From NCBI GenBank assembly GCA_014905635.1, contig JABVCE010000011.1, positions 310,001-374,000 of the forward strand: DNA of 64,000 nt, read 5' to 3'. Positions 31,815 through 43,734 of the stretch are shown here, in pieces. The translations under genes were made by a program, and so were the position numbers. Source of the stretch: Scenedesmus sp. PABB004 (Eukaryota). The stretch's first letter is position 1. Each line of letters opens with the position of its first letter. Below the pieces are notes generated by a model. The model ran no database searches, was not told where the DNA came from, and saw only the letters and a program-made list of their open reading frames with translations.

Positions 31815-34405
31815 ATGCTGGCCGCAGGGCGCGGCGGGCGTGCACCAGCTGCGCCGCGGCCGCTGCGGCGCCCACAGCCGCGGCCCGGGCGCCGCCGGCG
31901 CTGCTGCCCACCGCACGCCGCCGCCGGTGACGGCGGGCAACCACCGCGCGCCGCCGCCGCCGCCGACGGCGGTCGCGCGGCGGTCGTCGTCGGCGGCGGC
32001 TGGGCGGGCTTCGGCGCCGCGCTGGCGCTGGCCAAGGCGGGCGCGTCGGTGACGCTGCTGGACGCGTCGGAGTCGCCCGGCGGCCTCAGCTCGGCGGCGA
32101 CCACGCCGGCGGGGCGCGTCGTCGAGCCCGGGATCAAGGGCTTCTGGTGGGCGCCCGCGCGCGCCCGGCCGGCGGCCTGAGAACAGCAGCAGCCCGCGGC
32201 GCCGGCGCCCGGCCGCGGCGTCGGGAGCCCGACGCCCCGGCGGCGGCGCGGCGCGGCGCCGCAGGTACCAGTATGCCAACATCGAGGCCCTCGTGGCCGA
32301 GCTCGGCATCGCGCCAAGCCCCTTCACGCCCTGGACGCGCAGCAGCTTCTGGTCCCCCGCCGGCCTGGAGGTGCGGGGCGCGCGGCCGGCGGCGCGCCGC
32401 CGCCCGCGCCGCCCCGCCGCGCACCACGCGCTGGCGCCCGCCTGCGTGGCTCACACAACACGCACGCGCGCACACATCCCATCACATCCTATCAATCCCA
32501 GGTGGAGTCGCCCATCTTCCAGGACCTCCCCCGCCTGCCGGCGCCGCTCGGGAGCTTTGTGCACACCGCGCCGCTGTTCACGCGGCTGGGCCTTGCTGAC
32601 CGCGCGAGCGCGGTGGGGCTCGTGGGACCGGTGCTGGAGCACGACCTGAACGACGACACGTACAGGTGCGGCGGGCTTGAAAGCATCGCGCGCACGCGCG
32701 CGCCAGCAAGCCTGTCAGCGAGCGTCACACGCCACCGCCGCCGCCGCCGCCGCCGCCGCACTCGGCGCAGCCGGTACGACACGCTGTCGGCGCACGACCT
32801 CTTTGCCTCGGCCGGCGTGTCGCGGGCGCTGTACGAGCAGTTCTTGTCGCCGATGCTGCTCGTCACGCTCTTCGCCCCCCCGACCGAGCTCTCCGCCGCC
32901 GCCGCGCTCGGTGCGGCGGGGGGTCGGGCGCTGAGCCGCGCGCGCTGCTGGCTGCGCGGGCCGGCCGGCCGGCGCCGCCGACGCGCTGCGCCCGCCCTGC
33001 GGCGCCCGCCGCCCGCGCGGCCCCGCCCCCGGCCGCCAGGCGCGCTGCAGTACTTTGCTCTGGCGCACCAGCCCAACTTTGACGTCCGCTGGTGCAGAGG
33101 CCCGATAGGTGCGGTGGGCCCGGCAGGTTGCCGGGACGGGGGGCGCGCGCGCGTCTGTCGGCTGCCGCGGCGCCGGCCGCACGCGCGCCGCCGCGCCGCG
33201 CCGCTGGTCCGCGCAGGCGAGCTGATCTTTGCCCCGCTCGTGCGGCGGCTGAGTGCGCTCGGCGTGCGCGTGCTGGGCGGGCGGCGCGCGGAGGCGGTGC
33301 TGCCTGGCGGCGGGACCGGCGCCAACGGCGGCGCCGCCGCGCCGGCGGCGGCGCACCTGCCGGGCGCCGTCGTCGCGCACGGCCCCGGCGGCGCGCTCGA
33401 GACGCACGCCGCAGACGCAATCGTCCTCGCGACGGGCGTGCCCGGGCTGCAGGGCCTCGTGTCGCGCAGCCCCGTGCTCGCCGCCGCGGCCGACCTGCGC
33501 GCGGCGGCCGCGCTGCCGACGAGCGCGGTGCTCGCGGCACGGCTCTGGCTCGACGCGCACGTGCCGCTGCGGTGCGCGTCCAACGTCGTCGCGGGGTTTG
33601 ACGCCGGCATGGGCGGCACGGTCTTCCAGCTCGAGGCGCTGCAGGCGCGCCGCCCCGCGCGCGCCCGGCGCCGCGCAGGGAGCCCGCACCGCCGCGGCAC
33701 AATGCGCGCCGCCCGCCGCCCGCCTTACCCCCCCCCCCCCCGTCGCTCGCCCAAAACCCTGCCGCCCGCCCTAAACCCCCGCGCCGCGCGCGGCACAGGA
33801 CCAGTACCGCGGCGAGGCGGGCAGCGTTCTCGAGTTTGATATCTACAACGCGGCGACGCTGCTGCCGCTGCCCGACGACGCGCTCATCGACCGCCTGCTG
33901 GGCACGTACCTCGAGCCGGCGCTGCGGCGCCGCGGCGGCGGCGGCGCGCCGCCGCCGCCGCGCGTGCTCGACGCGAGCGTGCTGCGGTTCCCGCGCGCGG
34001 TGACGCGCTTTGCGCCCGGCACCGCCGCCGCGCTGCCGCGCATCGCCACGAGCCTCGCCAATCTCTTTGTCGCTGGCGACTGCGTGGCGGAGGGCCCCGG
34101 GACGCACGGGTGCAAGGGCCTCTCGCAGGAGAAGGCGCTGGTTTCCGGGCTGCAGGTCTGCCAACCGGCGCGCGGCGCGGCGCGGCAGCCGGCGCGCGCA
34201 ACCGAGCGCGCCCGCGCGCGCGCCGCCGCAGGCCGGCAACCGCGCGGCGGCGCGGCTCGGCCTGGCGCCCGTGGCGCGCGTCATCCCGGTGGAGCCGGAC
34301 GAGCCCCACGTCGCGGCCGCGAAGGCCGCGCTGCGCCTGCAGCGCCAGCTGGGCGCGGCGCTCACGCTGGGCGGGCGCGGCGGCGCGCGCAGCGGGGGCT
34401 CGTGA
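31815..34405 (+). CDS. FAD-dependent amine oxidase / phytoene-desaturase-like oxidoreductase with probable plastid transit peptide, multi-exon
   Basis: VVVGGGWAGFGAA...VTLLDASESPGG, EPGIKGFW|YQYANI, VESPIFQDLPRLPAPLG, TLFAPPTELSAAAALG, NLFVAGD, GLSQEKALVSG; TGA 34403-34405. Confidence 0.85.
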
Positions 34406-34760
34406 ACGCGGAGCGGAAGGGCTCAGCAGCGCAGAGCCCTCGCGGCGCAGCCCGCACGCCCCGCCTGAGGAACCCGGGCGCTCTCCACAGCGGCCCACAG
34501 CGGCCCGCAGCGCGTCACACGCCCACGCTCGCAGAAAGGGCAACGGCGCGCTGCTGCCGCTGCCGGCGCGCTGCTGCCGCTGCCGCCGCGCGCCGCTGCC
34601 ACAGCGCCGCCGCCGGCGCAGTGCCACGCCTTGTGACCGCGGCACCACTGTCGCCAGCGCGCCGCCGACCGTCCAGCAGCGCGGCGCAGGCGCGGCAGCG
34701 GCGCGCCGCGGCCGCTCAAGCAGCAGCGCGCGGCGCTGCCGCCGTCGCCGCCCTGCCGCC

Positions 34761-37622
34761 ATGGACCTGACGCAGCTGCCCGCGCGTGCGCTCAAGGTGG
34801 GTTGAGCCCTCTTGCGCCCAACTCGCATGCATGCGTGCCGCGCCGACCGCCGCCGCCCGCCGGCGCAGGCGCTCGACCCCGCCGACGCGGCGGCCTGCCG
34901 CCTCGCGGCGCGCGGCCTCGCCGAGGTCGTCGCGCCGCCGCCGCGTGGCGCGGGCGTGCACCTGGCGGTCGCGGCCAGCGCGTTCTCAGCGGCGCTGCGC
35001 CACGAGCGCGCGGCGGCCGGCGCGCGCCGCGCGGGGAGCGGCGGCGGCGTCGCGTCGAGCCTCGCGCGCGGCGCGCGCGGCCACCGTGCGGCGCGGGTGG
35101 TCGTCGACCTCGCTGACGACCAGTGCGACGACGCGACGTGGGCTGAGCTGTGGAGGTGCGTGTTAGGGACGACAGTGGCTAGCCAGCGGCTGGGGCTGGG
35201 GGTGGCGGCGGGGCCGTCGCCCCTCCCCCGCCGCCGCCGCCGCCGCCCACACGCGCCGCCCCCGCCCACGCGCCCGCCCGCACGCAGCGCGCTGGCGGCC
35301 GTCGGCAGCGTGGCGGAGCTGGAGGTGGTGGAGGTGCACGGCCCCAGGGCCGCCGCCGCCGCGACGCTCGGCGCGCTGCGCCGCCGCGCGGCCCTGCGCG
35401 AGGCGGCGGGCGGGAGCAGCTGCAGCGACGGCGGCGACGGCGGCGGCGGCTGGCTCCCGGCGCTCGTTGCGCGCCTGGGGGACCGCCTCGCCGGGCTGCG
35501 CCTGGTGCTGGCGGCGCCGCTCGCGGCGTCTGAGCAGCCCCTGCTGCTGCGGCTCACCGCGCTGGAACGCCTCGCGCTCGAGCGCGCGCCGCCGCCGCTG
35601 AGGCCGGTCGTGGGGCCCGGCGGCGGCGCCGACGCGGCGGGCGGCGCCGTCGCCGCGCCGGCGCTGCTGCAGAGCGTTGTGGTGCCGCTGCTGCAGGGCG
35701 CGACACGGCTGCAGAGCCTGACGGCGGCCGTGGCGACGACCGACGACGGGCAGGCGGATGCCGAGGCGAGCGGCGCGCAAGCGCGCGTGCGGGTGCCCAC
35801 GCACCGTGTGCCGCGCCGCGCCGCCGTGCTGCACCCCCGCCCCCTCGTCCGTCCATCCACTCTCCTCCACCCCCGCCGCCGCAGTTTGCCGTCAAACTGG
35901 AGCGCTCGCTGCTGGCGCTCACCCAGCTGACGCACCTGAGCCTCGGCGCCTGGCCCCGCTCGCGGCTGCTCTGGTCGGCCGCGCCCCTGCTCATGCCGGC
36001 GCTGCGCAGCCTCGAGTGCCAGCCGGGCGTGTTCTTGGACGCCGAGTCCGCGGCCGAGGACCTGCAGAGCGCGCAGGCCACGGCCGCGGCCGAGGCCGTC
36101 GCGCACGGCGTCGCGCGCGCGAGCCTGCTGCCGGCGGGCGCGGCGCCGCCCGCGCCCGGCGGCGCCGGCGCAGGGCCCGGCACGCCGGCGCCGGCGCTCA
36201 CGCGGCTGGTGATGGGCGAGGGCGGCAACGTCACGCCGCTGCTCGCGCTGCTCGCGCGGCCGGGTGGCGGCGCGGCGCCGGCGGGGGCGCTGTCGCGCCT
36301 CGAGCTCGCCTCGCCCGGCGAGGTGCCCGGGGAGCTGCTCGGCGCGCTCCCGGGGCTGCGCGAGCTGCGCGTCGCCGTGGGCGAGCGCGGCGACGTGGAG
36401 GCCCTGGCCGCGGCGCCGGGGCTGGCGGCGCGGCTCGCCGGCCTCACGCTGCTCTGCACCGAGCCTGGCGAGCAGTACGATGAGTGGGGGCCGTCGTACC
36501 GGCCGCTGCCGCTGGTGTCGGCCCTGTCGGCGCTGACCAGCCTGCGGGTCGCGAGCGCGGCAAACACGCTCGCGGCCGACGACCTGCGCCTGCTGGGCAG
36601 CGCGCTGCCGCGGCTGCAGTCGTTTGAGTTCTCCGGCCACCTGGCGCGGTCGGCGCCGCTGGCGGGCGGGCCGCGCCACGGCGTGGCTGTGGACGGCCTG
36701 CCGGCGGGCCTCCGCGCGCTGAGCCTGGACGTGCGCGAGCCCGCGAGCCAGGCGCTCCGCCTGCACGCGCTGCCGCCGGGCCTGACGAGCCTGGCCGTCC
36801 GTGGCGCGCGCTGCGAGCCGCTCGACGCGGGCGACGCCGGCGCGCCGGGCGCGCTGCACCTGCCGCACCTGGAGATGCTGGACGTGGAGCTGCACTCGGC
36901 GGCGACCGCGGCGCGCGCGTTTGGGTGAGGCCGGCGCGCTCGGGCGCCTGGCGGGCGCGTCCCCCGCGTGCGCCAACCGCCGCCGCCGCGCCTGCACAGG
37001 AGCGCGACCGCGCTGCAGTCGCTGCGCCTGTTCCTGGACCGGCCCGCGCCCGACGCCGGGGCGGGGCTGGGGCTGGAGCTATGGCCGCAGCTCATGAGCG
37101 TTGAGCTCCACACGTCGGGTGCGGCGGCGCGCGGGGCCGGCGGGCGGCGGGGTTCAGGCAGGGCGCAGCAGGGCCGCCCGCTCAGCCTCGCCGCGCCGCG
37201 CCGCAGACACTGAGGCGCTCGAGCAGCTGCTCCCTGGCCTGCGCCGCCTGCGCCGCCTGCGGCGCCTCGGCCTCGCGCTCGCGCCCGGCGCTGCCGCCGC
37301 GGCGCCGCCGCCGGCCGGGCCGGGCGTCGCCGGGCAGCTCGGCGGCTGCCTGCCGGCGCTGACGCGGCTGCAGGGGCTCGCAATTGACCTTCCACCCGAC
37401 CCCAGCAGCAGCGGCGCCGGCAGCAGCAGCCAGCCCGCGGCCGCGGACGGCGGCCTCGCCGCCGCGCTGGCGCGGTGCAGCAGCCTGCGGCGGCTGGTGC
37501 TGAGCGAGGGCGCGGTGCCGGGCTGCGACGCAGCGGGGCAGCGCGAGCTAGCGGGCGCCCTGCTCAACTGCGTGGTGCTGGTCCGGGCGCCCGGCGAGGT
37601 GCTGCCGGCGCTCGACGCATGA
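34761..37622 (+). CDS. Chlorophyte LRR protein with F-box-like N-terminus, multi-exon
   Basis: MDLTQLPARALK|ALDPADAAACRLAAR; many LxxLxL repeats (LTALERLAL, LRSLEC, LRELRV, LTSLRV, LRALSLD, LRRLVLS); TGA 37620-37622. Confidence 0.75.
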
Positions 37623-39118
37623 CCGGGTGCCAGGGGCTGGCCGTTGCGCCAGTTCCCCCGGCGGCAACGTGCGCGCACGCGGCGAGGGGGCGCGCGCCGC
37701 CATTGGAAACCGCGTCACCGCCGCTCGAGCCCGCGCGCCGCCGCGCGCGCCCGCCAGCCCCCGCGCCGCCGCCGCGGTTGCGGCCGCCGCCGTCGACGAT
37801 GGGCTCGAGCGGGACGAGCGTGCTGGGGACGCTGACGAGGTGCGCCCCGAGCTCGTGCAGCGTCGGCGGCCGGCCCGCCGCCGCCGCCGCCGCGAGGCGC
37901 CCGCGCGCCCGCGCCGACAATGGCGGAAGCACGAGCGCAGTCAGCTGGCCGCCGGAGGCGCAGGCGGTGTCGACGCCGGTCGCAAAGCGCGCGGACTGCA
38001 GGCGCCGCACGCTGTCGTGGCCAAACACAACGTGCAGGCCCTCCGCGGGGCTGCCCTCCCAAAAGTCGGCCCACGGCTCCGAGCCGGGCTGCGCGCGCTC
38101 GAGCCCCACAAACCTGCGACCGCGCGGCGGCGGAGAGTGGGCGGCGGGCAGCCTCGTTGGCCGGCCGCGCGCCTGTGTGCGCGCTGCACGGCGCGGCGCG
38201 AACGGCGCGCAGCGCGGCGCGCCGCACCTGCCGTCGGGCGTGTGAACGACGTCGCGGATGGCCAGGACCAGCTCCAGCTGCTGCTCCGCGAGCGGCACGC
38301 CCGGCAGCAGGCCGCCGTGCACGGAAATAATGGAGTAGCTGCCGGCGGGGGCGGCGGCGGCCGGGGCGCGTCTCGCCCTCTGACCGGCGCCGCGCGCCGC
38401 CGCCGCCCGCGCCGCGCGCGCACCCCTCGACCGTGATTGAGAAGGGCAGGCCCATGAGGAAGTCGACGTCCTCCGGCAGCAGCTCCCCCACCCAGGCGTG
38501 CTTGGCGAGCGGCGGCTCGATCCCTTGCTGCAGACCCCACCACGCTGCGCTGCGGCGGCGGGCGCATGCTGTGTGGGGGCCGCGGTGGCGGAGCGGCGGA
38601 GCGCCGGGCGCCGCGCGGCGGGTGTGTGCGTGCGCGCACCCGCGAGCGCGCCGTCGTCGTTGTTGCCGCGCACGGCCCACGCGCGGCCCTCGCAGAGCGC
38701 GCGCACGGCCGCCACCGTCTCCTGCGACCGCGGGCCTTTGTTGCACAGATCGCCCAGGAAGATCAGGCTGTCGCGCTCGTGGTCAAACGCCAGGGTGTCC
38801 AGCAGCGCAAAGAGCTCCTCCAGGCACCCGTGCACGTCGCCCACCTGCGCGCCGCGGCCGGGAGTCGAGCGCGGAGCTTGCCAGGCGCGGCCGTGCCGCT
38901 GGGCGGCGCGGGCGCACCAGGACCAGCCGCCCATCGCCCAGCGCGTGCTCTGCCAGCTTCGCGTGAACGACCGGCGGCAGCGGGTTGCCGGCGGGGGTGA
39001 GGTTGTCGCCGCCGCGCGCGCTGCGGAGGAGCTGCTTGCCGCCGCCGCCGTCGAGACGCTCGTACGCCGGCCCGGCGAGGCCCTGCTGCCGGGCGCCGCC
39101 GCACAGGCAGTTTCCCAT
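37564..39118 (-). CDS. Calcineurin-like metallophosphoesterase (ApaH/PrpE/Ppn2-like), predicted N-myristoylated and palmitoylated
   Basis: MGNCLC start; LVL|VGDVHGC, FLGDLCNKGP, VRGNND, SVHGG, VVFGHD, GVDTAC. The exact 3' end is uncertain because it overlaps the convergent gene. Confidence 0.88.
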
Positions 39119-39516
39119 GTCGATACTGCTAACGCGGAGCTGCTGCGGGCTGCTCGGCGGCTGGCGCGCGACGGTCGGTCTGTTTCGCGCGCGCGTCAGT
39201 TTTTGCTCGGCCAATGCTCGGCGGTGCGCCGCTCGCGGCAGCTGCTGGTTGGCACGCGCAAAGAATTCAGCGGGAGTGAGCCCCGCCGTGCCCGGTGGAG
39301 CTCCAGGGCGTCGGCGGCGGCGGGCCGGCGGGCGAGCGGACGGTGGGCGCATGTCATTCTCGAGCGTTGCTGCCGCCGTCCACGCCGCTGTCTCTCACGC
39401 AGCGCAGACGGCCGCATCTGAGCGCGGCGGCAGCGACGCCGCGGTGCGCCGCCAGCACGCGGCGCAGCCGCGGGCGCCGCCGCACGGCGCGGCGCAAGGT
39501 GGGGTGCGGCGTGGGG

Positions 39517-42500
39517 ATGCCGCTGATGCCGCGGTGTGCATGCGTGCCCCTGCGTCGTGGCAGCGGCGGCGCGGCGCCGGCGGCAGCAGCGGCGGCGGCG
39601 CAGCGCGGCCCGGCCGCGGCGCTGGCCTGGCCGGCGCAGCAGCGGCACCAGCATCAGCAGGGGCGGCCGACGCTGCAGTGCCGGAGCCACACCGCCGGCG
39701 GCGCCGGCGGGGGGCCAGACGCGGCGGCCTTCCGGCGTGCGCTCGCGTCCGCGGCGCCCGACTGGCGCTCGCTGCAGCGGCTGCCGCTGCCAGAGCCTGC
39801 CAGGGGCGCGGTGTTTTCGGCGCTGGCGGTGGCCGCGGCGCTGCGGCTGCGGCAGCAGGCGCGCGGGGCCGGCGCCTGGCGCCGGGCCGGCAGCGCCAGG
39901 CGCGGCTCGGCGCAGCCGGCGCAGCGGCAGCAGCAACACCACCACCAGCAGCAGCAGCAGCAGCAGCAGCAGGCAGCGGCGTGGGCCTGGTATCACGGCG
40001 AGGTGCTGCAGGGCTGCCTGCAGCGCGCGGCGGCCGGCGGCGGCGGCGGCGGCGTGGACGCGGCGGCCGCCGCCGCGCTGCTGCAGGCCACGGCCGCGAT
40101 GGGCTGGAGCCGCGCCGGCATGGCGCGCGCCACCGGCAGCGCGGAGGCTGAGGGGCAGCTGGTGGGCGCGTGCCTCACGCTGCTGCGCCTCGGGCTGGAG
40201 GCGGCGCTCGGCGGCGCGGGCGGCGCCGCGGGCGGCGGCGGCGAGCGGCCGCCAGGGCCGCCGCGGGTCCGCTGCAGCGCGTCGCTCGTCGTGGCGCTGG
40301 TCGTCGCCAGCCAGCGGCTGGGCCTGAAGCTGCGCAGCGGCACGCCGCTGCACGCGCTGCGGGAGCGCGCGCTGGCGGCCGCGCTCGCTGGCGACGGCGG
40401 CGGCGGCGGCGGCGGCGGGCGCGCAGGCTACGGCTGGGCGGTGAAGCTGCTGCAGAGCTGGGTGGTGTCTGGCACCGTCATGTCGCCGCAGCTGCTGCTG
40501 CTGCTGTGCGAGTGCGTCCAGGTGCGCGCCGACGAGCGGCGGCTGCCAGCCCCGCTGCGCCTGCCCTCGACCCCGCCCGCAACCCCCGCCGCCGCGGCCG
40601 CCGCAGGCGCACCTGCTCGCGCGGCCGGCGCTCCTGCTGCGGCTGCTGCTGCGCATGCAGGCGCTGGAGCGCCGCCTGCTGTGGCCGGAGGGCCAGCAGC
40701 TGCTGGCGCGCTTTCGTGAGACGCTGCTCGCGCAGCTGCCGGCGCACGCCGTGCAGGGCCTGCGCGCGCAGGTCCAGGCGCAGCTGGCGGGCGGGGGCGA
40801 GCCTGCCGCGGGCGAGCTGGTGCTGGTGTGCGGCGCGCTGGCGCAGCTGCCGGCGGCGCTGCCGGCGGAGCTGGCTGCGGAGCTGCTGCTGCCGCCGGGG
40901 CAGCGCCTGCTGGCGGCGGCCACGCGGCAGCTGCGCGAGGGCGGGCCGCGCCGGGCGGCAGCTGCGGAGGCCTGCTGCTTCACGCCCGCCCAGGCGAGCC
41001 AGTGGCTCGCGGCGCTCGCGCGCATGCTGGGCGGCGCCGCGGCGCCCGCGGCGCGCGACGCGCTCGCGGCGCCGCTCCTGGGCTACCTGGCAGCCACGCA
41101 GGGCGTGCCCGGCGCGTGGCCGCCGCGCGCGCTCGTGCCGCTGCTGTCGGCCGCGGCGCAGCTCGGGCTGCCCGCGGCGGCCGGCCCCGAGTGGTGGGCG
41201 GCGGCGCTCGCGGCGCTGCTCGCGGAGTTGCCAGCTTATGCGCCGCACCAGGTGCTCGCTGTGCTGCAGGCCATGGCGAGCGGCGGGTTCAGGCCCGACC
41301 CCGAGCTGCTCGAGCAGCGCCTGCTGCCGGTGCTCGCGGGGGGTTTTGGCCAGGCCGGCGCCGGCGGCGGCGCGAAGCAGCCGCGGCCGTTCTCCCTGCC
41401 GCAGCTGCTCGACCTCGCGGACGCGCTCGCGCAGCTGCGGCACGCGCCCCGCAGCGAGGCCTGGTGGGCCAGCTACCAGGCGGCCGTGCTCTGCAAGGTG
41501 GGGCGGGGCCTGCAGCAGCAGGTGCGGCAGCAGAAGCGGCAGCAGGAGCAGCAGCAGCAGGAGAGCGGCAGCGGCGGCGAGCAGCGCATGGCGGCGGCGC
41601 AGGCGGCGCGCCTGCTGTGGGCGGCCGGGCAGCTGCGCCTGCAGCCGCGGCGTGAGCTGCTCACCGCGGCGCTCGCGGCGCTGGCGGCGGAGCCCAACCT
41701 CAGCGGCGCCCTGACCAACCGGCAGCTGGTGGGTCTCTTTGTGGGGCTCAGCGCGCTGGCCCCGGGGGCGCCCGGCGCGCTGCAGCCGCAGCTCTACGGC
41801 CGGATCTGCCGCGCGCTGCGCGGCCAGCGGCGGCGGCGCTGGCGGCCGGCCGACGTGACAAACCTGGTGCGCTGCATAGGCGCGCTCGCCGACGCCGCGG
41901 CGGGCGGCGGGGCGGGCGACGCCGAGGAGGCGGCGGCACAGCCGCTGCTGCCGCCGCCTGGGCTGGTGGACCAGCTGCTGGCCGAGGTGGAGCCCGCCCT
42001 GGAGGTCGGCCTGCTGCGCGGCAGGGCGCTGGCCAGCCTGATGTCGGGCCTGCGCAAGCTGGGCCACCGCCCGGGCCAGGACTGGCTCGACAGGTGCGGC
42101 GCGCGCGCCGCGCGCAGCTGCTCGCGCGGCGCCCCCGCGCGGCGCCGCCGCCGGGGCGCTCCGCGACGCTCACCGCCCGCGCCGCTGCCTGCGCCGCGCG
42201 GCGCAGGTACCAGGCGGCCGTCGTGGCGGCGGAGCCGGGCATGGCGGACACGGAGGCGCTCACGGCGTTCACCTGCCTCGTGCACGCCGGCTGCGCGATC
42301 GACCCCGCGCTGCTCGCGGGCGTGCTGCGCCGCGCGCCGCGGCCGCGCCTCAGCCCGGGCCTGGTGGCCGACCTCAGCGCCGCGCTGGCGGCGGTCGACG
42401 CGCGCGGGCACGCGGCGGAGCCTGCGGCGGGGCCTGACGGCGAGCCGCGCGGCGGCCACCGGCTGCGCAGCAGCAGTCTGTCGCCGCACGATGCGCAGGC

Positions 42501-42801
42501 GTGCCGCGGGGCGCCGGCCGGCGTGCTGGAGCCGCGGCAGCAGGGAGGGCCTGGGGCGCGGGCGCCGCACGCGCAGCAGGGCGCCTGCGACGCCGCGGAC
42601 GCCACGCTCGGCCTGGACGCGCTCATAGACCAGGCGCGCAGTGCGATCGGCGCGCGCGAGTGGTGGGCCGCGAGCGCCGGCGACGCGGCCAGCGACGAGG
42701 CGCCAGACCCCGCGACCGCGGCGCGCCTGGCCGAGCGGCTGGCGGCCGTGGACGCGCTGCTGGCGGCCGACAGCGGCGGCGGCGGCGCCGGCGGCGCGTG
42801 A
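39517..42801 (+). CDS. Octotricopeptide-repeat (OPR)-like helical repeat protein, probably organellar RNA-binding, 3 exons
   Basis: Degenerate ~38-40 aa repeats: FTPAQASQWLAALARM, WPPRALVPLLSAAAQLGL..PEWW, YAPHQVLAVLQAMASGGFRP, FSLPQLLDLADALAQLRHAP..AWW, AARLLWAAGQLRLQP, LASLMSGLRKLGHRPGQDWL; transit-peptide-like start; TGA 42799-42801. Confidence 0.75.
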
Positions 42802-43274
42802 GGCGTGCCGCTTCTGATTAGGTGCGGCGCGCGGTCCGGTGTGTTTGGTGCCGCGTGCGGCGGAGCTGGAGCGCAATTCGCTGCCGCGCCGCTCGGTCAA
42901 CGCCCTTGACTCAGCTGGGGCCTCGGTAACCGAGGGCCCCCGACTGCACGGCATCCAACCCAACCGCAACCCAGCTGCCGGGAGTGGGGCGCGCGCGGCG
43001 ATTGCGCTGCCGCGCCGGCCCGCCGGCGCGCCGGCGTCACTGCAGGACGCGGCCGACACCCCGCGGCGCCTGTGCGGCCGCGCTGATCAGGAGCGAGCAC
43101 TTTCTGCCAGCCACGCGCGCCGGCGCGCGGCACAGGCTGCGCGAGGCGCCGCGCCCCTCTCCAGCGGATCATCAGTCTGTGGCCGCGACCGCTGCGCGGC
43201 GGGGTCGCCAAAGTGACTCTCGCCTGGGGACGGCCGACGCGCCGGCCGTACGGTCGCCCGCCGCAAGAATGATG

Positions 43275-43279
43275 TGTAA
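43275..43279 (+). terminator. Candidate chlorophyte polyadenylation signal TGTAA for the OPR gene
   Basis: TGTAA is the known Chlorophyceae poly(A) signal; it lies about 470 nt after the stop codon. Confidence 0.35.
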
Positions 43280-43734
43280 CGCGCCTTTTCAGGGCGCACG
43301 CACGCGTGCGTGCAGCGGGGAGCGCAAATGGCTGCCGCCAAAATCCTCACCGTGCCTGCGGCGCTCCGCCGATCCCTCCGATCCCATCGGCTGCCGAGGA
43401 GCTTGCGTCGCATCGCGCCGCCCGCCGGGCATGCGCAGAAACGGTCGGAGACGTCGAATCGCCCCAGACCCCCCGCTCAGCCCGCCCGCGCCGCGCACCC
43501 GGCGCCGCGTGAGAGCCCCTCGCGTTCCGCTGCACCGCGAAAGCGAGCGCTCAGGCGCGCGGCCAGGCTTGACGAGCGACCTGGGAGCCTGAGGTGCGCG
43601 CTGGGCGCGGGGCGCGGCCCAGGATGGGCACGTGCCGGGCGGGGCAGCCAGCGCGCTGGCGAGCCACCCTGACGCCGCGCCGCGCCTCCGCCCGGCTCCA
43701 CAGGCCTCTGGAACGCCCGATCTCGTGCAGCGCC

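Noticed and set aside
16690..34405. IDO, CobW, amino-acid transporter and flavin oxidase as a metabolic gene cluster
   Set aside because: Interspersed with kinesin and Ubl-E2 genes; no pathway logic or shared regulatory element can be supported from sequence alone.
42917..43153. Short hairpins downstream of the OPR gene
   Set aside because: Stems of 10 bp or less made mostly of G/C are expected by chance at this composition.
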